From Desulfobulbales bacterium (GTDB taxonomy: Bacteria; Desulfobacterota; Desulfobulbia; Desulfobulbales; BM004), in contig JBFHWX010000001.1 of NCBI GenBank assembly GCA_041599275.1, positions 1,337 to 65,336 on the forward strand: a stretch of DNA of 64,000 bases, written 5' to 3'. Shown here one piece after another: positions 9,509 through 18,422 of the stretch. Position 1 is the first letter of the stretch. The number at the start of each line of letters is the position of its first letter. The translations under genes and the position numbers were made by a program. The notes under the pieces were generated by a model. That model ran no database searches and was not told the origin of the DNA. It saw nothing but the letters and a program-made list of their open reading frames with translations.

Positions 9509-9554
9509 CGGCACAATTCTGTACACCAGAAAGCTTCGGCACAATTATGTACAC
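9509..9554. repeat. Two 18-bp direct repeats CGGCACAATT(C/A)TGTACAC, 28 bp apart, in the nifH/nifA divergent region
   Basis: Copies at 9509-9526 and 9537-9554 differ at one base. Each contains an inverted GYACA-N4-TGTRC core. Confidence 0.85.
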
Positions 9555-9667
9555 AAAGAGAATATTTTTTCTAAAAAATACCAAAAATGTAAATCGCCGA
9601 CAGTGACAAACCCACAGCCATAATGTATCTTACCAAAATAACAGTAAAAAAAGATTACACCCTGGCA

Positions 9668-9684
9668 GGTCTCGGATTTGCATT
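9668..9684 (+). promoter_or_regulatory. Weak sigma54-like promoter candidate for the nifA-like gene
   Basis: aGGtctcggatttGCatt has correct GG-N10-GC spacing and a good -12 TTGCA. The -24 box is poor. Confidence 0.3.
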
Positions 9685-9737
9685 TACCAGTGCCAGGCCA
9701 GGCAACACCCGCAATTCCACATAAGGAAATTTCCCCC

Positions 9738-11333
9738 ATGAAACCGTGCGGCACCACGACACCCTTTCCGAAAAACACCCTGATCACCACCGAGGTCATC
9801 GAACTGCAGGCTTTGTTCGAAATCGCCCAGCTCATCGGCTCGGCCCATGACCTCACCACCACCCTGAACCGGGTGCTCCGGGTCCTGCACGACATCCTGC
9901 GCATGGAGCGCGCCACCCTTTCCCTCATCGCCGGTGAGCAGGACCGTCTGGTGATCCGCGCCTCCTACGGCCTGTCCGACGCCGAGAAGAACCGCGGCGT
10001 CTACCGGCTGAACGAGGGGATAACCGGAAAAATCTTCCAGAGCCGCTCGCCCTTCGTGGTGCCGGACATCGGCTCCGAGCCGCTCTTCCTGAACAAGACC
10101 GGCTCCCGCAGCATCGCCAAGGAAAAACTTTCCTTCATCGGCGTGCCGGTGTTCATCGCCCAGGAAGTGGTGGGTGTGCTCACCGTGGACCGGCTCTTCG
10201 GGCTCGAGATCTCTTTTGAAGAAGACGTGCGTTTCCTGTCGGTCTGCGCCACGCTAATCGGCCAGTTCCTGCAACTGAACCGGGCCATCGCCCGAAAGCA
10301 CGAGATGCTGCGGGAAGAAAACATCTGTCTGCGCGAGCAGCTCAAGAGCCGCTACAGCCACCCCAACATCATCGGCCAGGGCAAGGTCATGCAGGAGGTG
10401 TTCCGGGCCATCGAAAAGGTGGCGCCCTCCCTTGCCACCGTGCTGGTGCTTGGCGAATCCGGCACCGGCAAGGAGCTGGTGGCCCGGGCCATCCACCAGG
10501 CGAGCAGCCGAAGCGATAGGCCTTTCGTCAAGGTGAACTGCGCGGCGCTTCCCGAAAATCTGCTGGAGTCCGAACTTCTCGGCCACGAAAAGGGCGCCTT
10601 CACCGGGGCGCATGCCATGAAGAAGGGGCGCTTCGAGCTGGCCGACACCGGCACTCTCTTTCTCGATGAAGTGGGGGAACTGCCGCTTGACCTGCAGGCC
10701 AAGCTTTTGCGGGTATTACAGGAAAGGCAGTTCGAGCGGTTGGGCGGCACGAAGACGATCAAGGTCGACGTGCGGTTGGTTGCCGCCACCAACCGCAGCC
10801 TGCAGGAGGCCGTGGCCCAGGGCGATTTTCGCCTCGACCTCTACTACCGGTTGAACGTGGTGCCCATGCTGTTGCCGCCGCTCCGCGACCGGCCCGAGGA
10901 CATTCCACTGCTTCTCGACCACTTCCTGCGGGAGAGCAATCACCGCAACCTCAGGAAGACCAGGATGACCAGCGAGGTGGTGAGCTTTCTCTCCTCCTAC
11001 GACTGGCCGGGCAACGTGCGCGAGCTCGAAAACCTGGTGGAGCGGTTGGTGATCATGGCGGACAACGATCTGGTGCGGCTTGCCGACCTTCCGGTATTCA
11101 TGACCGCCGAACCGGAGCGGCCGGTTCGGCCTGTTCCGGCTCAGATCGGGGCCGCGCCTGCTTCCGGAGACGGCGGCCACGGTGCAAGGCACCTGCAGGA
11201 TCTGGAAAGAGCGGAGGTGGAAGCGGCGCTCCGCCGCCACGGCTGGGTACAGTCGCGGGCCGCCCGGGAACTGGGGATCACCCGGCGGCAGATGGGCTAC
11301 CGGATCAAAAAATATGACCTGAAACCTTCGTAA
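9738..11333 (+). CDS. nifA: sigma54-dependent transcriptional activator, NifA-like (GAF + AAA+ + HTH)
   Basis: ATG at 9738 after AAGGAAA. N-terminal GAF domain, Walker [15 protein letters not shown] motif, C-terminal [22 protein letters not shown]. Divergent from nifH. Confidence 0.8.
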   Translation: MKPCGTTTPFPKNTLITTEVIELQALFEIAQLIGSAHDLTTTLNRVLRVLHDILRMERATLSLIAGEQDRLVIRASYGLSDAEKNRGVYRLNEGITGKIFQSRSPFVVPDIGSEPLFLNKTGSRSIAKEKLSFIGVPVFIAQEVVGVLTVDRLFGLEISFEEDVRFLSVCATLIGQFLQLNRAIARKHEMLREENICLREQLKSRYSHPNIIGQGKVMQEVFRAIEKVAPSLATVLVLGESGTGKELVARAIHQASSRSDRPFVKVNCAALPENLLESELLGHEKGAFTGAHAMKKGRFELADTGTLFLDEVGELPLDLQAKLLRVLQERQFERLGGTKTIKVDVRLVAATNRSLQEAVAQGDFRLDLYYRLNVVPMLLPPLRDRPEDIPLLLDHFLRESNHRNLRKTRMTSEVVSFLSSYDWPGNVRELENLVERLVIMADNDLVRLADLPVFMTAEPERPVRPVPAQIGAAPASGDGGHGARHLQDLERAEVEAALRRHGWVQSRAARELGITRRQMGYRIKKYDLKPS

Positions 11334-11363
11334 GCCAGGTGGACAGGCGGTGCCCTGTTCCGC

Positions 11364-12497
11364 TCAGATCTCCTCGGCGGCGATGGCGGCAAGCTCCGCG
11401 TCATCGAGGGGCCGGCTGCAGCGCCGGGAGAGATCCCGCACCCGCGAAAGGGCTCTTTCGAGACTTTCCCTGGAGAGAAAAATACCAAGTCTGCCAAGCG
11501 TTGCGGCCAGGGCGGCGCGGCCGCTCTTGCCGCCCACCAGCAGCCTGCGGCTGCTCCCCACCCGTTCCGGCGCGTAGGGTTCGTAGGTCTTCGGGTCTTT
11601 GTACAGTCCCTGCAGATGCAGGCCACTCTCACAGGTAAAGATGTTTTCGCCTACCAGCGGATGCTGGGGAGAAATTGAGCGGCCGGAAGCCGCCGCCACC
11701 GCCGCGCAGAGATTTTTCAAAATCTCGGTTCGGTACTGTCTTGCTCCGCCGGCCGGCCCCGGCCCCAGGGCAAGGTACCCCACCACCTCCTCGAGCCGGG
11801 CGTTGCCGGCCCGCTCACCGAGCCCCAGCACGGTAACGTCGGCCCAGTCGGCGCCGGCCTCCAGGGCCGACAGCGCATTGGCCGTGGCCATGCCGAAATC
11901 GTTGTGGGTATGCACCCCAACCTCGATGGATGCCGCCTTCTTCAACCGCCCCACCCGTTCAACGATGCCAGCCGGGGTACCGATCCCCACCGTATCGGCA
12001 AGCCGTACCCTGCTGGCACCGCTGCGGGCCGCCACCCTGGCCAGTTCCTCGAGGAAACGCGCCTCGGCCCTGGTGCCGTCCTCCAACCCGACCGAGATCC
12101 TCGTAATCCCCAGAGAACGGCCGAGCCGCACGCCGCTGGAAAGCATGGCCCGCACTCCATCCCGGTCGCTGCGCAGCTTTTCGCGGATGTGAAGGTCGGA
12201 GCTCGGGATCGACAGGTTGAGAACATCGGGGGCCAGAGAGGCGGCGAACCGGATATCCTCCTCCCGGCAGCGGCACCAGAGGGCGAGGCGGCTCGCCGCC
12301 CCGTCGCCAACCAGTACCCGGGCCGCGTTCATCAACGAAGGAAGCGCTCCATCGCGCCGGGTTGCCACCCCAAGCTCGATCTCCTCAATCCCCAATGCCA
12401 GAAGCCGGTGGACAACTGCCACTTTCTCCGGCAGCCCGAAACCGACCCCCGGAGTCTGTTCTCCTTCGCGCAACGTAGTGTCGACGAGTCCAAGCAT
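11364..12497 (-). CDS. nifV: Homocitrate synthase
   Basis: Motifs DTTLREGEQTPGV and HTHNDFGMATANAL of the HMGL-like family. GGAGGA RBS. nif context. Confidence 0.85.
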   Translation of the reverse strand: MLGLVDTTLREGEQTPGVGFGLPEKVAVVHRLLALGIEEIELGVATRRDGALPSLMNAARVLVGDGAASRLALWCRCREEDIRFAASLAPDVLNLSIPSSDLHIREKLRSDRDGVRAMLSSGVRLGRSLGITRISVGLEDGTRAEARFLEELARVAARSGASRVRLADTVGIGTPAGIVERVGRLKKAASIEVGVHTHNDFGMATANALSALEAGADWADVTVLGLGERAGNARLEEVVGYLALGPGPAGGARQYRTEILKNLCAAVAAASGRSISPQHPLVGENIFTCESGLHLQGLYKDPKTYEPYAPERVGSSRRLLVGGKSGRAALAATLGRLGIFLSRESLERALSRVRDLSRRCSRPLDDAELAAIAAEEI

Positions 12498-12581
12498 GGT
12501 GCGTTCCTCCGGATTTTTTCTGAAAAACTGAGACCGTTCCCGACAGGACCGCCGCTTCCGCGCCGGTCACTTTTTTCTGTT

Positions 12582-12597
12582 TGCAACCGCCGAGCCA
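12582..12597 (-). promoter_or_regulatory. sigma54-type promoter for nifV
   Basis: The minus strand reads TGGCTC-GGCGG-TTGCA, one mismatch to TGGCAC-N5-TTGCA. It lies 85 nt upstream of the nifV ATG. Confidence 0.65.
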
Positions 12598-12673
12598 GCC
12601 CAGAACACCCCATCTTTTCACAATCACATCGGGGAGAAACACACAAAGAACAAGGAAGCACCGCAGCGCCGCC

Positions 12674-12705
12674 AAAAAAAATGTCCGCACAAAAATGTGC
12701 GGACA
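12674..12705 (-). terminator. Rho-independent terminator after the receiver gene
   Basis: Perfect 10-bp stem tgtccgcaca / tgtgcggaca with loop aaaa. An A8 run on the plus strand gives a U-run after the stem on the minus strand. Confidence 0.7.
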
Positions 12706-12925
12706 CGACAAAAAGGAACACGCCCTTGCTTCAACCTGACCAAGCCTTCCGACAAACACATCAACCCGTCAGGAAAGAACGGCCGGTTTTTTCCAGGACC
12801 TCTTCAATCCCTTTCCTTCTCCGCCCGGACCTTTGTGCTCCTCCGGAACGGAACTACACGGAAAACGGTTTCTGCCCAAAAATACTCACCGCGTTTGGCG
12901 AACCTCGACCGGGAAAACCATTTTG

Positions 12926-13312
12926 TTATAAATTCCGCTTCTCTCCATGCTTTTCCAGAATACCCCGGATCTCCGCCATCACCATGGTCGGGTCGATGGG
13001 CTTCTCGATATAGCCGTTGCAGCCGGCGGCCAGCAACCGCTCGCGGTCGCCGCTCATGGCGTAGGAGGTCATGGCGATGACGGGAATGGAGCCGTTGGCT
13101 TCGGAGGAGCGGATCCGCTTCAGCACCTCGTAGCCGTCGATGTCCGGCAACTGGATGTCGAGAATGACGAAATCCGGCCGCTCGGCAAGAACCCGTTCGA
13201 CGCCCTTTTCGCCGGTCTCCGCTCCCACCGTGTCGATCCCGTTCTTGTTGAGGATAAGACAGATGAGCGCCATGTTGTCCGGCGTGTCTTCGATGACGAG
13301 TGCTTTTGTCAT
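12926..13312 (-). CDS. Single-domain response regulator (CheY-like receiver)
   Basis: MTKALVIEDTPDN..FVILDIQLPDIDG..AMTSYAM..KP. ATG at 13312 with an AAGGAA RBS; the listed ORF start at 13333 is a TTG. Confidence 0.85.
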   Translation of the reverse strand: MTKALVIEDTPDNMALICLILNKNGIDTVGAETGEKGVERVLAERPDFVILDIQLPDIDGYEVLKRIRSSEANGSIPVIAMTSYAMSGDRERLLAAGCNGYIEKPIDPTMVMAEIRGILEKHGEKRNL

Positions 13313-13356
13313 GGATGTTTCCTTGTTTTTCAAACCGCCCGCCAGGGCGTTCTTGC

Positions 13357-13384
13357 CCTTTAGCCTTTACCCTTTACCCTTTAG
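13357..13384 (-). repeat. Four tandem heptads (C/G)TAAAGG (minus-strand sense) in the kinase-receiver spacer
   Basis: The plus strand reads cctttag cctttac cctttac cctttag, with degenerate flanking units. A similar array lies at 28353-28380. Confidence 0.85.
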
Positions 13385-15657
13385 CCTTCCTGCCCCAAAT
13401 CCATCGGCACCCGGAGCCAGAAGCGGCTGCCACGGCCCTCTTCGCTCTCCACCCCCACCTCGCCGCCCAGCACCTCGACGGCCAGCTTCTTGGTGAGATA
13501 GAGCCCCAAGCCGGTGCCGGGCACCGCGGTCATGAGTGGGGTTTCGAGGCGCACGAAGGAGCCGAAGAGCCGGGGCAAATCTTCCTCCTTGATGCCGATG
13601 CCGGTATCACTGACGCTGATCTCCACCGAGCCCGCCACCGTTTCCCGGTCCGTCGTTCCGGTTTCAGTCTGCCCCTTCGCAACAACGGTCACCGTGCCCT
13701 GTTCGGAAAACTTCACCGCGTTGCTCAGATAGTTGAGCAAACACTGCAGAAGACGCTTACGGTCGGTGCGCAGCGTAACCCTCCCCTCGGGCAACCGCAT
13801 GACGATCTCGAGTCCCTTTTCCTCGGCCTGCCGGCGGACCTGGCCCACTGCCTCGTCCAGCAGGCCCTTGAGTTCGAACTCCTCGGCATGGGGCGTGATC
13901 TTGCCGCTCTCGATCTTGGCGATGTCGATGACGTCGGTAATCAGCGAGAGCAGATGCTTGCCGGCCCGGAAGATGCGGCCCAGGTGCTCGCGCTGGTCGT
14001 CGGTTATCTCGCCGCCCATGCCCTGCAGCATGACCCCGGAAAAACCGATGATGGAGTTCAGTGGCGTGCGCAGCTCGTGGCTCATGCTCGCGATGAACAT
14101 GGATTTCAAGCGGTCGAGCTCCTGGAGCCGTTCGTTGGCCAGACCAAGCTCCCGGGTCTTGTCGTTGAGGTCCTCGACGATGTTGACCAACGCCAACTGG
14201 CTGCGCCGCAGGTCTTCGCCACGCATCTCGAACTCCCTGGTGCGCTCCGCCACCCGCACCTCCAGTTCCTGGTTCAGTCGGCGAAGCTCTTCCTCCATGA
14301 ACTTACGGGTCTCGATGTCCTGGATGACCGAAATGAAATATTTCGGATCTCCCGAGGACTCGCGCAGAAGAGACACGGTAAGCTCGATCCAGACCAGGGA
14401 GCCGTCCTTGCGGACGTAGCGCTTCTCCATGGAATAGGTGGCAATGGAACCGGCCAGAAGCTGGCGGACGTTGTCGAGATCGGCGTCCAGATCGTCGGGG
14501 TGGGTGATATCCTGGAAGGTAAGACCCAGCAGTTCCCCGCGGGGATAGCCGACGATATCGCAGAGCCGCTGGTTGACCGCCAGCCACTTGCCGTCGAGCC
14601 CCACCTGGGCAAAGCCCACCGCCGCCTGCTCGAAGAGACCGCGAAAGCGCTCCTCGCTTTCCCGCAACGCCTCCTCGGCATGTTTGCGGTCGGTGATGTC
14701 GAGGAGAACGCTCAAAAAATAGTGCTGCTTCTGGAGCTCGACGCTTTCACCGGAGATCAGGCAGTTGGCCACGCTGCCGCCCTTCCGGTAAAAATCCGCT
14801 TCCATGGCGAGCACCTTTCCCTGCTGCCGCAGTAACCCGAGAAAACGGTCGCGCTCCAAGGGCTCCACCCACATGCCGAGCTCCACCGTGGTACGCCCGG
14901 AGATCTCTTCCCTGGTGTAGCCACTCAGGCTTAGAAAGGAGTCGTTGACCTCGATGAACTGGCCCGTCGATGCGTCGGTGAGGGCGATGGCGTCGGGGCT
15001 GCTACGGAAGGCGGCGGCGAATTTTTCCTCGGACAGGCGCAGGGCCTCGTCCATGCGTTTCCGCTCCGAAATGTCCTCCGCCGAGGACCAGATGAACTGC
15101 TCGCCGCCCCGCTCCACCAGCAGGCCCTGGAGGCGCACCGGCACCAGGTGGCCGGCCTTGTGGATGTATTCCTTCTCGTAGGGGCCATAGCGTCCGCTGG
15201 CGTGCAGACTCTCGAGTTGGCGGGCCTCCTGGTCGGCGTACTTCTTGGGCGTGATGTCCCAGTAGGAGAGCCCGAGGGTCTCGTCCACCGTGCGGCCGAT
15301 GATCGCTCCATAGGCCGGGTTGACTTCCACCAGGGAGCCGTCCATGCGGCAGAGGGCAAGCCCCAGGGGCAACTGGGCCATGAGGCGGCGGGCTGATCTT
15401 TCCTCTTCCTGCCGGGCGAGGCGCGACCTTTCGAGACGATTGGCCATGCCCCGGATAAGGACGTAGAGCAGAACGGCGGTGACCAGGACATAGAACCAGC
15501 CCTTGAAAGTCTGCACCCGGGTGAGCAGGTCTGCATCCTTGACGAACCAGAGCACGATGGAGTCGGAAAAGAGGATCCACATGACACCAGAGAGGGCGTA
15601 GAGCACCACGATCACAAGTGGGCTCAACCGGTCTCTTTTCTCCTGGCTGCCGTTCAT
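13381..15657 (-). CDS. Membrane-anchored multi-PAS sensor histidine kinase
   Basis: Two N-terminal TM helices, three PAS-like segments, H-box SHELRTPLNSIIGFS, and an ATPase with GTGLGLYLTKKL. ATG at 15657. Confidence 0.85.
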   Translation of the reverse strand: MNGSQEKRDRLSPLVIVVLYALSGVMWILFSDSIVLWFVKDADLLTRVQTFKGWFYVLVTAVLLYVLIRGMANRLERSRLARQEEERSARRLMAQLPLGLALCRMDGSLVEVNPAYGAIIGRTVDETLGLSYWDITPKKYADQEARQLESLHASGRYGPYEKEYIHKAGHLVPVRLQGLLVERGGEQFIWSSAEDISERKRMDEALRLSEEKFAAAFRSSPDAIALTDASTGQFIEVNDSFLSLSGYTREEISGRTTVELGMWVEPLERDRFLGLLRQQGKVLAMEADFYRKGGSVANCLISGESVELQKQHYFLSVLLDITDRKHAEEALRESEERFRGLFEQAAVGFAQVGLDGKWLAVNQRLCDIVGYPRGELLGLTFQDITHPDDLDADLDNVRQLLAGSIATYSMEKRYVRKDGSLVWIELTVSLLRESSGDPKYFISVIQDIETRKFMEEELRRLNQELEVRVAERTREFEMRGEDLRRSQLALVNIVEDLNDKTRELGLANERLQELDRLKSMFIASMSHELRTPLNSIIGFSGVMLQGMGGEITDDQREHLGRIFRAGKHLLSLITDVIDIAKIESGKITPHAEEFELKGLLDEAVGQVRRQAEEKGLEIVMRLPEGRVTLRTDRKRLLQCLLNYLSNAVKFSEQGTVTVVAKGQTETGTTDRETVAGSVEISVSDTGIGIKEEDLPRLFGSFVRLETPLMTAVPGTGLGLYLTKKLAVEVLGGEVGVESEEGRGSRFWLRVPMDLGQEG

Positions 15658-15663
15658 GCTCAA

Positions 15664-17835
15664 TCAATCCTCAGAGATTGTGCCGCCGGGGGATTCGTCG
15701 GTGCGATCTCGCCGCAACCTGTCGAGTTCCTCTTTCAACTCCACCATCTTCAGCTCACGGCCGACGAACAATTTGTTGAAGCGTTCGAGCTCACTGTTCT
15801 TTTCGTCGAGCTCCAGGGTCCGCTGCTTCACCTTCTCCTCCAGGGTCGAGGTGTACTGCCTGGTCTCTTCATAGAGCCTGACGTTCTCTACGGCCAGAGC
15901 GATCTGGGCCGAAACCGTCTCCAGGAGCTTCAGGCTCGAGGCAGGCGGCTGGCGGTCGGTGCGGGTGAACACGCAGAGCACGCCAAGGCACTGGCCGCTC
16001 GAGAGCAGGGGAAAAGCCGCGTGGAAACGGATATCCTCGTTGCGGGTGGCCTCCCGGGTGGCGTAATGGAGCACCGCTTCCCTGTTCTCGAGGATAAGCG
16101 GCTTGTGGTCCCGGGCGCATTCACCGCACAAACAGTCGCCCACCTTGACCTCGTTGGTGGTCAGCTCCTTGATGGTGTCGGCGGAGGCGCCCCGCTCGGC
16201 GGCCAGGTGCAGAACCTCGCCCGCCCCCACCTCGCAAATGGTGCCGCCCTCGAGTCCGGTGACCCGCAGGGCCTCATCAAGAATATTTTTAAAGAGATCC
16301 TGGCGGTCCAGGGTGGAGGAGCAGGCCAGGATGATCCGGTTGATCGCCCGCAGTTCCTCGTTGGCCCGGGTGATTTCGTTTTCTGCCTTTTTGCGCTCGG
16401 TGATCACCTCGGAAAAAAGAATGATGCCGCCGATCTCCCCCCCAGGTTCGTGCCAGGGCCGGATCTCCCAGCGCACCCAATCAAGTGAACCGTCGGCCCG
16501 GGGAAAGGGGTCCTCGTCGTTTTTCTCGACGGCCCCGGCCAGGCAGCGCCGGTGGATCTCCTTCCAGTGTTCGGGAATCTCGGGAAACACCTCGTAGTGG
16601 GAACGGCCGGAGAGGTCCTGGTCGCCCAGGCTGTAGTCCTTCTGGTAGCGCCGGCTGGCCACTATATAATTCATTTCCCGGTCCAGCATGGCGATGGCCG
16701 CCGGTGAATGCTCGACAAAGAGACGAAGCACCTGCTGCTGGCGCAGAAGCTTCTCTTCGGCGGCCTTGCGTTCCGAGATGTCGCGCAGTAGCACGATAAT
16801 CCGGTCCACCCGGCCAATGGCGGCCCGCCGCATGTTGACCTCGGCCCAGAACAGGCGGCCGGAGTTGTCCCGGGCATGCCACTCGAAGAGCTGGGGCTCG
16901 CCGGCCGCGGCCTTGGCGATCCAGGCCAGGGCCTCCTTCTGGGTGTAGGGCGGCTTCCCCGAGCTGAGGGACTCGATATCCGCCTCCAGGGCCTGCTGGC
17001 GGCTCGTTTTGAACATCTCGCACATCCTCTGGTTGACGTCGAGGATGGCGCCGGTGCCCAGCTCGTGGATGAAGATGGCATCGTTGGCCGCATCGAAGAT
17101 GGTGCGAAACCGCTCTTCACTGAGTTGCAGTTCCCCAAGGCCAGTCTCGATGCGGTCCAGCATCTCGTTGAAGGTATGGGCCAGGCGGCTGATCTCGTCG
17201 TCGCCGGGGGGGATTTCGGCCCGCAGGGCATAGTTTTTCTCCCGGGCCACCAGGGCGGCGGTTTCCGCAAGTTTCGCAACCGGAGAAAAAACGAGTTTCT
17301 GCAAGCGGTTGGAGAAAAGAAAGGCGGTGGTGCCGGTGGCCACGACCACGAGGAGGGCGACGAGGAACTGTCGCAGCAGCCGTTCGTAATACTGATCGAG
17401 CCCGGCCCGGATGTACAGGGTGCCGATCGCTTCGCCGCCCAGCTCCACCGGTTGGCCCAGCAGAAGCCGGCCCCCGCGGAACAGGTGGCCACCCTCCCCC
17501 AGTTCAGGCCCCGCCCAGCCGCATTCCGTGCTGCCCTGCCGCGCATAGGCGGCCACCAAGCGGTCTCCATGGCTGATGCAGGCTTCGTGGACCGCCTCCA
17601 GGGCCTGCAGGGCCGCGAGGTTCTCCTCGGCAAGCTGCGGGTCGTCGAAAACCAGGGCGGCGGTGCTGCGGTCGGCCACCACCCGGGCGATGACCCGAAC
17701 CTCCCGCACCAGAGTCTGGCGGGCCGTGTACCAGTTCCCCACCGCATAGAACAGGCTGACCGCCAGCAGACTCGACACGCAGGTGAGCAGGATGATCAGG
17801 GTCAGTTTGGCGGAGGTGGTCAGTGGGCTTTTCAT
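15664..17835 (-). CDS. Sensor protein: CHASE8-like extracytoplasmic domain, HAMP, 2x PAS, GAF, C-terminal coiled coil; no kinase or cyclase output
   Basis: TM - about 150-aa loop - TM, then HAMP (ISRLAHTFNEMLDRIE), PAS and GAF segments. Ends in ..LERFNKLFVGRELKMVELKEELDRL. Confidence 0.8.
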   Translation of the reverse strand: MKSPLTTSAKLTLIILLTCVSSLLAVSLFYAVGNWYTARQTLVREVRVIARVVADRSTAALVFDDPQLAEENLAALQALEAVHEACISHGDRLVAAYARQGSTECGWAGPELGEGGHLFRGGRLLLGQPVELGGEAIGTLYIRAGLDQYYERLLRQFLVALLVVVATGTTAFLFSNRLQKLVFSPVAKLAETAALVAREKNYALRAEIPPGDDEISRLAHTFNEMLDRIETGLGELQLSEERFRTIFDAANDAIFIHELGTGAILDVNQRMCEMFKTSRQQALEADIESLSSGKPPYTQKEALAWIAKAAAGEPQLFEWHARDNSGRLFWAEVNMRRAAIGRVDRIIVLLRDISERKAAEEKLLRQQQVLRLFVEHSPAAIAMLDREMNYIVASRRYQKDYSLGDQDLSGRSHYEVFPEIPEHWKEIHRRCLAGAVEKNDEDPFPRADGSLDWVRWEIRPWHEPGGEIGGIILFSEVITERKKAENEITRANEELRAINRIILACSSTLDRQDLFKNILDEALRVTGLEGGTICEVGAGEVLHLAAERGASADTIKELTTNEVKVGDCLCGECARDHKPLILENREAVLHYATREATRNEDIRFHAAFPLLSSGQCLGVLCVFTRTDRQPPASSLKLLETVSAQIALAVENVRLYEETRQYTSTLEEKVKQRTLELDEKNSELERFNKLFVGRELKMVELKEELDRLRRDRTDESPGGTISED

Positions 17836-17856
17836 CTGAACTCGTCTCGAACCCCG

Positions 17857-18414
17857 TTATTCCACGATGGTGGCGACTTCCAGCAGCTTGGCGCTGATCT
17901 TCAGGCTGGCCCGGCGCGCCGCCCGGGAATTGATCTCAAGGCGCACCTTGCCGTCCCGCACCACAAAACCGATCACTCCTCCCTGCAGGGCAAAGTCCGG
18001 TATCTCGCCGACGGTGAGAACGCTCCGTTGCCGGGCCTGCTCCAGAATATGGCCCAGTCCATAACGCTCCGAAGAGCCCACGAACAGTACCCGGCAACCC
18101 TCGATGCTTTCGGCCCTTTCCAGATACCGCAGCCGCAGGGAGCGGCCGGCCACGGTGCGGCTGGTTATCGGTTCCAGGGCGCCGCCAAAGGGGTTGTCGC
18201 CGAGAACGCAGACCTCCAGCGGCTCACCGGCGGCGAGCACCGTCACGGGCCAGGTCACGAAATTGGCGAAGTTGTAGATATAGGCGGCCTTGACCCGGTA
18301 TTCGGCCTCATCGGCCTGGATCGGTTCCGGTCGCGCCATGTTCAAGGACAATACAGCCAAGAACCAGAACAGCACGGCGCGATGGCGCGATGGTCTCTGC
18401 CTTTTTCCGCCCAT
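17857..18414 (-). CDS. YfiR-like periplasmic protein (DUF4154 family)
   Basis: 185 aa from MGGKRQRP.. with a signal-like segment VLFWFLAVLSL. Family signature VKAAYIYNFANFVTWP. The longer listed ORF overlaps the TBDR gene. Confidence 0.8.
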   Translation of the reverse strand: MGGKRQRPSRHRAVLFWFLAVLSLNMARPEPIQADEAEYRVKAAYIYNFANFVTWPVTVLAAGEPLEVCVLGDNPFGGALEPITSRTVAGRSLRLRYLERAESIEGCRVLFVGSSERYGLGHILEQARQRSVLTVGEIPDFALQGGVIGFVVRDGKVRLEINSRAARRASLKISAKLLEVATIVE

Positions 18415-18422
18415 CGCTCCTC

